A DNA stretch of 64,000 bases from a virus (lineage: Duplodnaviria > Caudoviricetes), in IMG/VR virus record IMGVR_UViG_3300037067_017859, positions 1 to 64,000 of that record, one strand, 5' to 3'. How positions within the stretch are numbered: the first letter of the stretch is position 1; each line of letters begins with the position of its first letter. The position numbers were made by a program, and so were the translations under genes. Below the pieces are notes generated by a model, which did no database searches, had not been told where the DNA came from, and was given only the letters and a program-made list of their open reading frames with translations. This document shows positions 51,655 to 62,621 of this stretch, in pieces.

Positions 51655-53007
51655 TCATCGGTCATACCATCTCTCCGGGGAACTGTTCGGTTCCTGATAC
51701 AGATCGTCGAATGATGTATATTCTCCGACATAATTCATTTGGAAGCTGCCAGTCGCTCCGTTTCGTTGTTTGCCGATGATTACTTCTGCTATTCCTTGAG
51801 ATTCCTCGTTATTATTTTCTGCGTGACGATGTAGAAGCACAATCAAATCCGCATCTTGCTCGATCTGACCGGACTGCCTGAGATCTGAAATCTTTGGGCT
51901 GGAGTCTTTGCGATTTTCAGTGCCACGATTAAGCTGCGCGGCTGCCACGACAGCAACATCCATGGATTTAGCCATACCCTTCAGACTCATGGAAATATTG
52001 CTGATTTTCTCCACGTCATTGCGGCTGATGAGATGTTTTGGTGGAGCGACGAGTTGTAAATAATCTATCAAAATAATGGAAATAGGGCTGCGAAGGCGCC
52101 GGACTCGGGAACGGATATCGGAAACCATCAAGGAAGAACTGTCGTCAATCCAGATGGGCATTTGGGAGAGTTCACCGGCTGCGCGGGAAATCTTATTCCA
52201 ATCTTCCTTGTTCAGATATCCAGTATTCATCCTGGCAAGAGGCACCCTGCCGAATTCAGCAATCATTCGCATAATAAGCTGAGGAGCCGCCATTTCCAGA
52301 GAAAAGACAGCCTGGGGAACGCCTTTTCCTCCCATGCGCCTGCACATTCCCATCAGCAACGAGGTCTTACCGGATCCCGGCCGGCCAGCGATGATATCCA
52401 ATTCTTTTTTCTGGAATCCGCGGTGAACAATACGATCGAAATCAGCATATCCAGTATGGAATCCTCCTGTTTCCTTCCGATCGCTTATTTCTTCGATCGT
52501 TTTAAAGGTTTCGGTAACTAACTCTGAAATATGGGTTAACCCTGATTTTCGATTTATCCTCCCTAATTCTTCATCAATCCCCGAAAAGGTATCCGAAACG
52601 ATTTCCGTGAATTTTTCCTGAGCCTCATAACACCTGCCCATTAGTTCTGAACCTATTTTAACGCCTACTCGCAGAGCTCTCTGTTCTCTGAGAATGTCTA
52701 TATATTGCTGCGCCAAAGCCTCGTTATATGAAGGGAACCAATCTGTTAGGTTGGCAAGATAGGCGGCGCCGCCACAAGCATCCAATTCATTTTTTTGCCG
52801 CAATTTATCTTTTACTGTGATGAGATCTGGACCGACTCCTTCTTCAACTAGATCTTTTATGGCTCTCCAAATTCTCCGGTTTGCTTCTAAGTAAAAATTA
52901 TCAGCCTCGAGATCGGCTTCAAGGCGGCCACTCGCAAGAGTAAATCCCAAAACGAAGCGTTCCACTTCTAAATTATTTGGAAGAACCTTTTCAAGAGTTA
53001 TGTCCAT
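51655..53007 (-). CDS. dnaB: Replicative helicase DnaB
   Basis: AGRPGSGKT, FSLEM, IDYLQL, AQLNR, DLRQSGQIEQDAD, KQRNG. Confidence 0.95.
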   Translation of the reverse strand: MDITLEKVLPNNLEVERFVLGFTLASGRLEADLEADNFYLEANRRIWRAIKDLVEEGVGPDLITVKDKLRQKNELDACGGAAYLANLTDWFPSYNEALAQQYIDILREQRALRVGVKIGSELMGRCYEAQEKFTEIVSDTFSGIDEELGRINRKSGLTHISELVTETFKTIEEISDRKETGGFHTGYADFDRIVHRGFQKKELDIIAGRPGSGKTSLLMGMCRRMGGKGVPQAVFSLEMAAPQLIMRMIAEFGRVPLARMNTGYLNKEDWNKISRAAGELSQMPIWIDDSSSLMVSDIRSRVRRLRSPISIILIDYLQLVAPPKHLISRNDVEKISNISMSLKGMAKSMDVAVVAAAQLNRGTENRKDSSPKISDLRQSGQIEQDADLIVLLHRHAENNNEESQGIAEVIIGKQRNGATGSFQMNYVGEYTSFDDLYQEPNSSPERWYDR

Positions 53008-53771
53008 TAGCGCTCTCCTATAACATCACAGATTTCTTCCAATCTGCGCGTAAGAGCTTCGCCATAGGATTCCCTAAAAAATTCCAGATTATAATTTGTC
53101 GCTACGCTGAGACGAACAATATCCGGGTTCATGTAGCAAAAATCTATTACTTCGAAAAATTTAGAGAAGGAATATTCCGTATCGCCAAGTTTGCCACATT
53201 CATCAATGAACAAATGCGCAGGGTTATTACTATTTTTCTCGAAATCAGAGACGCTAAACCCTTCAGGGCAGTTTGGTTTGAATTCATCAAGCTTCATTTT
53301 GCGAATCATTTCCGAACACGTCATATAAAACGCATTACGGCCGGCGTAAAGAGATTCCTTGAAGAGCGCCCACATAAGATAGGTTTTACCTGTGGAAGTA
53401 TTTCCACAAAATAAATAACCTCCAAGAGGATTTTTATTCAGAGCTTTAATAATCTCCGTCTGAGTATTCACATCAAGAGCAACGAATTTACTTGGCTTTA
53501 TATCTTTCAGTCTTGGCTCTAATCGGTATCTCCCGGGAACTAATTCTTTAATCAGTTTTTCCACTCTCAGGATCTCGCGGCACCAGCAGGTCCGGCACCT
53601 GGTCCTTTCCGGGTTCCAAATCACTCCCTCGTCCTGGCACTTTTCGCATTTTGGCGGGGGTGATGGTAAAAGAAGTTCCGGATGTTCCGCCCAATTCTTT
53701 TCCATCCTTTCCCGGATACCCGCCAGAACCTCCCCTATTTTTCCGCTTACGGGCTTCAGATCGTTCGTCAT
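53007..53771 (-). CDS. DnaC/IstB-like ATPase (helicase loader)
   Basis: CEKC..C.C Zn motif, GNTSTGKT, LFIDE, ATN; start corrected to MTNDLK. Confidence 0.8.
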   Translation of the reverse strand: MTNDLKPVSGKIGEVLAGIRERMEKNWAEHPELLLPSPPPKCEKCQDEGVIWNPERTRCRTCWCREILRVEKLIKELVPGRYRLEPRLKDIKPSKFVALDVNTQTEIIKALNKNPLGGYLFCGNTSTGKTYLMWALFKESLYAGRNAFYMTCSEMIRKMKLDEFKPNCPEGFSVSDFEKNSNNPAHLFIDECGKLGDTEYSFSKFFEVIDFCYMNPDIVRLSVATNYNLEFFRESYGEALTRRLEEICDVIGER

Positions 53772-54639
53772 ATTGGCTTCTCCCAAAGTCATGTTGATAA
53801 GTTCCTGCCAGCACGGAGTTAATTCGGCCAAGATCTTTAGCCAACCATACCGGCGACATATAATGCCTGTTTGTATGATGCGTTGTTGATCCAAGGGTAC
53901 GAACGAATTCCGCCCATTTCTCTTCTGGCCCTATGCCGTTCGCTTTCCCAATTTTATTAAACGCTTCGACTAATTCTGTGACTTTCTCATATTCTTTTAT
54001 TATCGCTGTAGGAAGAGGTCCTTTATTTTCTTCCCAAATTTCAAAGAGTCTTTCTGGTGTTAAGGGGGTTTGGGGGTTATTAATAACAGATTGTTTTATA
54101 TCTGTTATTAATATAGAGGAAGTAGAAGAAGAAGAGGAAGTAGAAGTGGTGGGGATAGGGGTAAGGTTAAGCAAATCCTCTAATGCTTTTCTTTTCTTAA
54201 TTTGTAGAAGCGATGGATTTCCTCCCAATGACCCGCTAACCCTTCGGATCTGTGACAGTTTTTGGTCACGAATCATGCGCCGGCTGTAAATAATTCCTGT
54301 TTTTGGATCCTTGCTGGCTACTCCTAATTCAAGAATTTTGTCTATTATTTTTTGGGCCTTTTCCTCGCTAACGGCAAGAATATTTGCTATCCCATTTATT
54401 GGCATTGGACGTCCATTAATGATCAACCGTCCGATATTTTCGGACTCATGCATGGTTAACATAAGTTCGATCCAGGCTCCTTTATGTTCCAAATCTAAGC
54501 ATTGAACTCCAGGGTCCTTTTTCCAGTCTCCTGGATAAAGTTGGAACGCAGGTTTTTTAGATGAGCGATGACCCTTTTTCTCATTTTCTGTCGTTTCTCG
54601 AAGAATAGTCCTAATTGGCATTTTACTTTTTCCCATCAC
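53548..54639 (-). CDS. Phage replication initiator-like protein
   Basis: PAFQLYPGDW...GAWIELM..SRRM N-terminal domain, Ser/Thr linker; upstream of DnaC/DnaB. Confidence 0.7.
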   Translation of the reverse strand: MMGKSKMPIRTILRETTENEKKGHRSSKKPAFQLYPGDWKKDPGVQCLDLEHKGAWIELMLTMHESENIGRLIINGRPMPINGIANILAVSEEKAQKIIDKILELGVASKDPKTGIIYSRRMIRDQKLSQIRRVSGSLGGNPSLLQIKKRKALEDLLNLTPIPTTSTSSSSSTSSILITDIKQSVINNPQTPLTPERLFEIWEENKGPLPTAIIKEYEKVTELVEAFNKIGKANGIGPEEKWAEFVRTLGSTTHHTNRHYMSPVWLAKDLGRINSVLAGTYQHDFGRSQYDERSEARKRKNRGGSGGYPGKDGKELGGTSGTSFTITPAKMRKVPGRGSDLEPGKDQVPDLLVPRDPESGKTD

Positions 54640-55624
54640 ACAACCTCTCTATAAATGCCAGCAATTCTTCTTCAGGATTAAACCACTCTCCACCAATTCC
54701 AAGATGTGAGAAAACTTTATGACAAAATTTCTCTATCTCTTGAGTTCCCGGGAAAATTCCTATTATTTTTAGCTTAACAGGACTTGCAGTTTGTAGCGTT
54801 TTAAGGCGATCTTTAGGATTATTCGCCCACCCGATTTTAATAGGAGAGCCTTCAGTCCCTTGAACGAAATAAACATACCCATTTAAATAATCTTTTTTCC
54901 GGTTTCTTTTCTCTTCTTTTTCTAATTCTCCTTTACAATTTCCATCGCTAATTCTTTGAATCATTGATATTTGAGCGCATATCTCATCATGATCCATGTC
55001 TTTAGGCCACCGCGGCCAATATACTTGGTCCTCTCCGATTATTAATGGTGTCGTAAGGCCAACGGGTTTTTCAAAATTAGGATGGCAACCTCTACAGGGA
55101 TGATATTTATATCCAGTGATTGCGAGAATAGCAGGGATTCCCAAAACCATAAGCTCAATCCCTTTTCCGTGACATAAACGGCATTGGGGATTTGCTGTCG
55201 GATCCGACTGAAGGCTTAAGAGGAAGCTTTCGATTATTTGGTTTGTGAAATCTATTTGTGAATCGTTTTCGAAGGGAGGGATTGTGTTTCCCTCCCCCGG
55301 TTTTTCGCCATTTTTTTCGCGTATAGAAATCTTTGCAGACGAGTCAACCTCTTTTGTATCACTTCTATTTGAAGTCTTCAAGCACGAAAGAAGAAACTTA
55401 TAGCCAGTGCGTTTTTTGAATGTGGCTTCAAGAGCCTCAATAATTGTATCCGGATCTCTACCAGCTTTTTCCCATGCTTGGTCTGCTATATTATGCAGAT
55501 CAGGATCATCCTTTTTATTGTGATGGAATAATCCTGATTTGAGAGCTTTTTTTAAAGCATCACTGATATCACGAGATCCTTTAGGGTGTAATTTTCCCGT
55601 AAGGCTATCCCAAGTTTCTCCCAT
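54623..55624 (-). CDS. Protein with C-terminal GIY-YIG (T5orf172-like) domain
   Basis: GYVYFVQ..IKIGW..NPKDRLKTLQT..E...H...GGEWF. Confidence 0.8.
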   Translation of the reverse strand: MGETWDSLTGKLHPKGSRDISDALKKALKSGLFHHNKKDDPDLHNIADQAWEKAGRDPDTIIEALEATFKKRTGYKFLLSCLKTSNRSDTKEVDSSAKISIREKNGEKPGEGNTIPPFENDSQIDFTNQIIESFLLSLQSDPTANPQCRLCHGKGIELMVLGIPAILAITGYKYHPCRGCHPNFEKPVGLTTPLIIGEDQVYWPRWPKDMDHDEICAQISMIQRISDGNCKGELEKEEKRNRKKDYLNGYVYFVQGTEGSPIKIGWANNPKDRLKTLQTASPVKLKIIGIFPGTQEIEKFCHKVFSHLGIGGEWFNPEEELLAFIERLCDGKK

Positions 55625-55630
55625 AAAATC

Positions 55631-55879
55631 CTACTTTTTGTGAATCCGATCGGTATATTCATCTTTGCGCCGGTGACAATCAAAGCAAAGACCTTGAGCG
55701 TTTAGACGTTCATCTCCCCCTAATTGTGACCTTTTCTTTCTATGATCCCGAGTGAGCGGCTTTATATGCCCACATCCAATACAATAGCCATCCTGGGAAT
55801 CAAAAATATCCTGGCGCTGAGAATTATAATCAGGCTTCGATAATTTGATCCTCTTGACCTTCCAATTTGGGTTTGGCAT
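55631..55879 (-). CDS. Small HNH endonuclease
   Basis: CIGC...DHRKKRSQLGGD...NAQGLCFDCH. Confidence 0.75.
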   Translation of the reverse strand: MPNPNWKVKRIKLSKPDYNSQRQDIFDSQDGYCIGCGHIKPLTRDHRKKRSQLGGDERLNAQGLCFDCHRRKDEYTDRIHKK

Positions 55880-56986
55880 CGCGCCCTGCTTCCACCCACG
55901 TTGCCAATTGAGCTATTAGACGATCATAAATGTGGGCCTGGTTTCTGTCTATTTGTTCGTAGCACCTTTGGATCACTCCCATCAAAAAGGAGTTCCGATT
56001 CTGCAATCGCCCGGCGCCATCGTCTCTGTAACCGGAAAGAAATTCCCGGAAGATCATGCATAAAGCTTCAGTTTTCTTTTCAATGCCGGTTTCCATCTGG
56101 ACAATACGGAGAGCTTCAGTAAAGTCAAAATACTGGCTGCCGACAAAAGAAAGCATTTCGACAATGACTTCTTCTCTTGGATCCCTTGTCGTGGCGACGC
56201 CTTCCGTAATAGCTGCTTTCACCCGCCGATGGAAGGTGTCTCTGTCTTCTTCCATGGCATGTGCAAAGTAATTATTGGGAATTACGCCGAAATGATTGTG
56301 GATTTTAACCAGGTCCCGGCATTTCGTGGGGCCGATCTCGCTTAAAACTTTATGATCGCAATGTCCAAGAGTCTGACCAATTCGGATCAGATCGTAATAA
56401 TATTGCCTGGAGTGAGAAAATGTAGCCTCAACATATTGGCTTTCATCCTCAAATCCTCTGACCTTCCAATACCGATTCCGATGAGCTTCAAGAAGATTCA
56501 GGCAGAGAAGCATCATGTTTTTTTCTACTGTCTGTTCTGCTTTATTTTTCCATTCAAGGAGACGATCAATTTCTTGAAGGACTTGGTTGGCTCTGACTGG
56601 ATCTATTACTTCGACTAGGGATTGTTCTTGAGCTTCTTCCATCGACGGCCATCCCTTTCAGTAATTGTTCTAAATTTGGCAATGATAGCTTTTTTTTAAG
56701 TATATATCGCTCATAAGCTCTGGCTTCACTTAAAAATCCAAAAACCGGATCTCCCACTTTTCCCCTACTGCGCCAGCTTATTATATGCAATCGGGCGAGT
56801 TCGCAATCTATCCCTATTTTATTACATAGAACCCGAAACCATTGCTCTCCAAAGAGAACCCTTTTGGCATCCATCCGATGCTTGGCAGGAGTGTCTTTGA
56901 AGAGATAGTCCTTCTCTGCCCTTCTTACGATATCGATCAAGATCCGCACTCGCTGCGGAGTATCCAAATCAAGATCGAATGGCCAA

Positions 56987-57517
56987 CTAAAAGGGGATGT
57001 CGTCGTCTGTAATAATTGGGCTTCCGGTCGCCTTGTCGTAAAGTTCTTCTTGGGTTCTGGTATCGGGTTTGATAGGAGAAGATTCCCTTGGGGCTTCTCG
57101 ATAACCGCCGGCTGGCGGTGAATTGTACTGGCTTGGCGCTCCATAACCTTCGTTTGCAGGTTGGGCATCTTGTGATGGCCTTGCTCCGCCAGGGGCGGTG
57201 ATTTCTCTTACGACAATCTCCGTAGATGTTTTTTCGGCTCCATCCCTTCCGGTGTATTTCCGTACTTGGATTTCACCTTGCACCACAACGAACTGACCTT
57301 TTTTAAGATACTGATAGCAGAATTCCGCTACTCTGTCAAAGGCTACGCAATTTATCCAAGTCGCGCTTTCCTTCGTTTCACCATCAGCATTCGCATAATT
57401 ACGGTTTACCGCAATACTGAATGTCGATCGAGCTTTCTTCCCGGGCGCCGCCGCGGACCCTTCCGGATCCCGGCCGAGATGTCCTGTACCAAACCACCGA
57501 TTCTGATCGTTTGCCAT
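56987..57517 (-). CDS. ssb: Single-stranded DNA-binding protein
   Basis: GHLGRDPE, FSIAVNR, KKGQFVVVQG, C-terminal DDDIPF. Confidence 0.95.
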   Translation of the reverse strand: MANDQNRWFGTGHLGRDPEGSAAAPGKKARSTFSIAVNRNYANADGETKESATWINCVAFDRVAEFCYQYLKKGQFVVVQGEIQVRKYTGRDGAEKTSTEIVVREITAPGGARPSQDAQPANEGYGAPSQYNSPPAGGYREAPRESSPIKPDTRTQEELYDKATGSPIITDDDIPF

Positions 57518-57526
57518 TTTATCCTC

Positions 57527-59713
57527 CTATAAAATTTCCACAGTTCCATTCACAATGTTAATTCTGCTATCGGCAAGATCTTTCAACCTATCCTGATGCG
57601 CAATGAAGAAAACTTTTAAGAAATGTCCGATCTCTCGGGCGCGGCGAAGCATTTGGATATACCGCGGCGCATTGTCATCATCCAATGGCCCGGTAGTCTC
57701 ATCTCGGAAAAGAGTCTGCCAGGCAATGCCTGATTTCATTTTATTGAAAATGGCGATTGCAAGGCTCACTGCCTCAGCGACAATGACTTGTTCTCCTCCT
57801 GAAAGTCCGTCAATGCTTCCTTCGCGGCCTTTTTCGGAATCAATAACGAAGATATCGAACTCGTCTTTATAACCACTTCCATCAGCCTTGGGAAGCTGAG
57901 TAAGGAATTTAATACTGAATCTCGGACCAAAGCAGGAGAACAAAAGATCATTGGTAATGCTACTGACAGTCGGTCCGGCCGCATCGATCTCGAGAGATTG
58001 AATGCCATTAGGGCCAAAGGCTTCAATGAGTAAATTCCAATCCTTCTGATCTGCCTCGAGATCGCAAATGGTTGCTTTCAATGGAAGCAATTTCTTTTGG
58101 CTTTCCTCTATTGATTTTTTGAGAGATTCCGCCCGGACAATATCCTTGTTAACATCATACATATTGCCTTCCAGTAAGTTTTTGTTGCCATTACAACCAA
58201 TAAGATCTTGTTGAGCCTTATTGAGTTCATCTTGGGCAACTGCAACCTTCCTACCTTCATCTTTGGCGGCGGAAATTTCCTGTTCGGCCAAACGCAAACC
58301 TTCTTCTGCTGTAATTATCTGTTCTTTTATTTCTCCTACTTTTGCTTTTGCCTGTTCGATTTGAGCGGCAATTGTAGGAGAGGCGATCGCCTCGAGGGAT
58401 TTGATCCGGGATTCTATGGCTTTATTAGTTTCTTCCCATTCCTTTATTTGATTATCATAGTTGTTAAGACTCTCAATGTTAGGTTTGTGAATAAGCTTTT
58501 GATCGTCCTGGATCTTGAGCATCCCCTGAGTGGTATTGAGATATTCCACATTCAAGTTCTCAAGGTTGTTCTTTGCTTCGATCGCCCGAATAAGGAATTG
58601 ACATTGCGCAAAATCCCCCTCTGCCTTGCAGGGAACTTCATCAATAGTAGCCGAATCTCGTTTGGCGTCATCAATTGATTTCTCGCAAAGCTTTCTTTTT
58701 GTTTGGAGCCTCAACCATTGCTCACGAAGAGAATTAACCTGTTTGTCGTACTCTTCTTTTTCCAATTGGAGAGTCCGGCGCTGGAGATTAAGTTGAGATA
58801 ATGTCTTACGACTCTGTAATTGATCCTCACGTTTTAATGATAGTTCCTGTATCGCATCTGAGATTTTGTCTTCATTTTCGAGGAGTTTCTGGTTCGCTTC
58901 CAATCGGGATTTTAGAGCCGTTGCCTTCTTTGCAAACCCGGTATACTTCTCCGATTCTTGTAAAATCCGGTCCTGAATAAATGTCCGGTTGGCCACTTTT
59001 GTCTTGAGGATCCCGATTAATTCAACGAGTCTGGTAGATTCATTGGAACATTGGAGATGTTTAGCCTCATACTCCTGCAAGATTTCTTTCAAGTGTTCTA
59101 TATCGGGAACTTTTACTTTGAGTTGTTCCTCAATTATGGCCGCCTCAGCCCGTTTGGCAGTAAGGTCAGTACTGCATTTCTGATATTCTTTCCGGAATTC
59201 CTCTGTTGCAGTCTGGAGGAGAGCTAAATTAAGCATTTTTATAAACAAACTCTTGCGATCGATTTTGGCCAGTTTAATAAAACTGCCGCGCTTATTCTGC
59301 GCCGCGAAAGAACTGGCCATAACCATTTCAGCATTGCCGAACAGATTAGCCGCCACGGCATCAAAATCTTTGGTCTTTCCGGTTATCCCGGGGAGGGGAT
59401 TATGTTGGCCGTCATAAAGGAACGCTTCCATCTTTGAATAAACCGCATCAATATTGACCACGACTTCATAAGGCTGGTTGTGCCAATCAAATTTAAAATC
59501 AACCATGGCATCCCGGCCACTACAGAATTCATAAACGGCGGGGCGCGAGGGGAAAATCCGGTAGAGGGAAAGGAATATTGATTCCATAAGAGAAGTTTTC
59601 CCTTGCCCGTTCTTTCCAGAAATGGCAATCAGATTGCCGGGGATTGCCTTAAAATCCACAGAAACATCTTTCAGGACGGTGACGCCCCTAACTTTCAATT
59701 CCATTGGTATCAT
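57527..59713 (-). CDS. sbcC: SbcC/Rad50-like ATPase
   Basis: GKNGQGKT, coiled coil, LSGGE signature, FRDE, IAH. Confidence 0.9.
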   Translation of the reverse strand: MIPMELKVRGVTVLKDVSVDFKAIPGNLIAISGKNGQGKTSLMESIFLSLYRIFPSRPAVYEFCSGRDAMVDFKFDWHNQPYEVVVNIDAVYSKMEAFLYDGQHNPLPGITGKTKDFDAVAANLFGNAEMVMASSFAAQNKRGSFIKLAKIDRKSLFIKMLNLALLQTATEEFRKEYQKCSTDLTAKRAEAAIIEEQLKVKVPDIEHLKEILQEYEAKHLQCSNESTRLVELIGILKTKVANRTFIQDRILQESEKYTGFAKKATALKSRLEANQKLLENEDKISDAIQELSLKREDQLQSRKTLSQLNLQRRTLQLEKEEYDKQVNSLREQWLRLQTKRKLCEKSIDDAKRDSATIDEVPCKAEGDFAQCQFLIRAIEAKNNLENLNVEYLNTTQGMLKIQDDQKLIHKPNIESLNNYDNQIKEWEETNKAIESRIKSLEAIASPTIAAQIEQAKAKVGEIKEQIITAEEGLRLAEQEISAAKDEGRKVAVAQDELNKAQQDLIGCNGNKNLLEGNMYDVNKDIVRAESLKKSIEESQKKLLPLKATICDLEADQKDWNLLIEAFGPNGIQSLEIDAAGPTVSSITNDLLFSCFGPRFSIKFLTQLPKADGSGYKDEFDIFVIDSEKGREGSIDGLSGGEQVIVAEAVSLAIAIFNKMKSGIAWQTLFRDETTGPLDDDNAPRYIQMLRRAREIGHFLKVFFIAHQDRLKDLADSRINIVNGTVEIL

Positions 59714-59981
59714 TGGTCTCTCCTTGTAACTTTCCCATTATCTTCCGGATACCAGAAGACAAAATCCGTGCCTATAACTTCTTGGATTTGTTCCATATGT
59801 TTCATAAAGAAGCCATTCTTTAATCCAATTAGTCTGGCGTATCCCCATATAACAACCTTGTCTCCGTCTGCTTCATAATAACCTCCAGACATACCACAAT
59901 CGCAATATCGTGGATCAGGTTTCCCATCGAGAAAACCACGGAGTTTTATAACGTCATGGCATCCTTGGCAGAATATGAGTT

Positions 59982-61130
59982 TCATCGGCATCTCAACTCA
60001 AAAATTGCTAATTTGGTTTTCATTCCGAGAACTGTGGCTTCATCCGGGCGCTTGTTTGTGGCAGTCCAGAAGACTTCAAGCTTCTCCTCGAGGGATTCCG
60101 CCTTGGAGATCTCCACAGCCCGGACCAATTCTTTAGGGCGAACCTGCGGATCAATCTTTACCTCGATAGCGCCGGCCTCCAGTAAAATCTTTTCGAGTTC
60201 TTCTTTTGCATGCGCAAGGTTGGCTCCCTCTTCAATCTGCAAGAGAGCCCGGACCCGGGCGCCTTTCGCCCGTGCCTTCATTTCCCCGTATTGCTCCGGC
60301 GTCATTGATAGCTGGAGAGGCCAAATACATTCGACGCTGAACCTGTCGACAGTTTGCAGCTTATACCATTCGGTACATCCGGACATAGTATCGAGAACCG
60401 CGCAGAACTTATCTGGAGTTTCCCCATAATCCATAGCGGCCGGCGATCCAGGATAGAAGAACCTGTTTGTCTCATTGAGGTTTTGACCAAGATGAATATG
60501 GCCAAAAATACCAGCGTAAAGGCCGGATTCAGTGAGATCATATTGTCCAAAACTGATTCCTTCTCCTATAAGAGGCTGATGGTTTTGAGCTAATGCACCC
60601 TCAACTAGGAGATGGCTTATCAGAATATTCTTTACGTTCGGGTTTTTGGCATTTTCCAGAATTACGTTGTTTTTCACATACTGCAAGGCCATTTGGGAAA
60701 CGGTTTTGTCTCCCTCTTCCTTCGACGCTCCAATATGCTGGCTCTGCCAGGTTGCTTTCGTGAACCATGGCAAAATGTGGAAGGTAATTTGCTCATATTG
60801 TGGATCTTGAACCGGCCAGAGAATATAAGGCCGATCCACCAGGGTTATCCCATGTTTCAGATCGAGATGACTAAAAATGTCGAGGTCGCCCGGCTGATCG
60901 TGATTCCCATAGCAGGCGACCACTGGCGCAACAGAACACATTTCCTGCATAAGCCTACGCAGTAGGTTGCGTCCATCCGCGGAGCTTTTATGATCGAAGA
61001 AATCACCGGGGAGGGCGATATAATCCACCTTTTGTTCCCGGAAGATCTTTACAATTTGCAAAACCGAGTTTTCAATATCGGCATCCATGCCGTCATCAAT
61101 ATGCCAATCGGCCGTCGAACCAATTCTCAT
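59982..61130 (-). CDS. sbcD: SbcD/Mre11-like nuclease
   Basis: ADWH, PGDFFD, GNHD, GHIH, YPGS. Confidence 0.9.
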   Translation of the reverse strand: MRIGSTADWHIDDGMDADIENSVLQIVKIFREQKVDYIALPGDFFDHKSSADGRNLLRRLMQEMCSVAPVVACYGNHDQPGDLDIFSHLDLKHGITLVDRPYILWPVQDPQYEQITFHILPWFTKATWQSQHIGASKEEGDKTVSQMALQYVKNNVILENAKNPNVKNILISHLLVEGALAQNHQPLIGEGISFGQYDLTESGLYAGIFGHIHLGQNLNETNRFFYPGSPAAMDYGETPDKFCAVLDTMSGCTEWYKLQTVDRFSVECIWPLQLSMTPEQYGEMKARAKGARVRALLQIEEGANLAHAKEELEKILLEAGAIEVKIDPQVRPKELVRAVEISKAESLEEKLEVFWTATNKRPDEATVLGMKTKLAIFELRCR

Positions 61131-61661
61131 TGCTTAATTTCTCCTTTTATATACTAACTTCCTAATTGCTCTTCTGTTCCTTCCCATACGAATTGATCAA
61201 GAGGAAAGTGAGACTTACAATTAACGCAGAAGGTTCCGCTGTAGAATCCGGGATCTCGGGCATAGGTTTCTGCAAGAGGTATGCCCATGGTAGTCATAGT
61301 ATTACAGGTCTTGTGCCTGTAGGATCTTCGGAGTGGTCGCACGAATCCTTTGCCTCTCTCTTCGGCGCTGAGAACAACATAATCCTTCTGTTGGCCTGAA
61401 GACAGGATCTCCCGGTGATCTTCTGTAACCGGAGAGCCGTCAAGAAGCACTCGGGCCGTACGGTCTACCGGAGGGATTGATTTAATTCTGAGTTCTTCCT
61501 CAACCATGCCCACTCGTTCCAATAACAATAGAGCAAAAAGACGCGCTTGCTGGCGGGAAAAAATAATATGTCCAACCCCGTTTTCATCGGGATGAAGATC
61601 GGGATGATTGACAACAATCTCACCATTTTCGTTGTGACCAACTTTCAAAACACCTTTATGT

Positions 61662-62597
61662 TTATTGACCATTTATTCCTCCAATTTGGGAGACACTCAA
61701 AAATGCCGAATTAACCACCTGTTTAAAAAGCGTCCCGCCTATTCTTTCGGCTGCCAATTCCTGATACGCCAGGTCAAGTCCAATACCGACACGTCCGAGA
61801 TCCTGCGCGACCATAACCGTTGTTCCGCTCCCCACAAACGGATCGAATATTACATCCCCTGGACGACTGCCGGCTTTGATGCAGCGCTCCGGGATCTCTC
61901 GTGGGAATGTGGCAAAATGGGCGCCAGAATATTTTTGCGTCGAGAAGCGCCATACAGATCTGATATTGCGATCTTCTGTTATCGCTCTGAATGCGTTTCG
62001 CCCCGTTATGGCCATCTCTTCAGTCTTGCCGTTGAACGAGCCTTTTCTAGCAGAGGATCTCAACCCCGCACAAATAGCCGGTTCTTTCATTTCATTGGTG
62101 TTGTAAAAATATTTGAGAGACTTAGAGAATAGAAAAATGTATTCATGGGACGTTAGCGGCCGATCAATAGTAGCGCCTGGTTGAGCGTTCGGTTTTTCCC
62201 AAATAATATCAGACCTGAGATTCCATCCCTGAGCCTGCATTGCCAACGCTATCCTCCAGGGAATGCCAATAAGGTTTTTAGGCTGCAATCCAGTATTCTC
62301 ACTTATCCTTGGAACGCATACAGGGGCCTTATCGCGTCGAAAGCTGTTATAATTTCTAGTTCCAGATGAATACGAATCCCCTAAATTCATCCAAAGAGTT
62401 CCGTCATCTTTCAGCACTCGGTACAATTCTTTCGACACGTCAAGGATGGAAGCCAGGTATTCCTCCGGGGTGGGTTCTAACCCTATCTGTTTTGGATCTC
62501 TGTAATCCCTTAAACGCCAATAGGGCGGACTCGTCACCACACATTGAACTGATTTATCTTTGAGCGGTATATGCCGGGCATCAGCTTTAATAAGCAT
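61662..62597 (-). CDS. N4-C/N6-A DNA methyltransferase (beta class)
   Basis: TSPPY, HFATFP, DPFVGSGTT. Confidence 0.9.
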   Translation of the reverse strand: MLIKADARHIPLKDKSVQCVVTSPPYWRLRDYRDPKQIGLEPTPEEYLASILDVSKELYRVLKDDGTLWMNLGDSYSSGTRNYNSFRRDKAPVCVPRISENTGLQPKNLIGIPWRIALAMQAQGWNLRSDIIWEKPNAQPGATIDRPLTSHEYIFLFSKSLKYFYNTNEMKEPAICAGLRSSARKGSFNGKTEEMAITGRNAFRAITEDRNIRSVWRFSTQKYSGAHFATFPREIPERCIKAGSRPGDVIFDPFVGSGTTVMVAQDLGRVGIGLDLAYQELAAERIGGTLFKQVVNSAFLSVSQIGGINGQ

Positions 62598-62621
62598 ATC
62601 TTTTTTAAAGAATCTAAAATA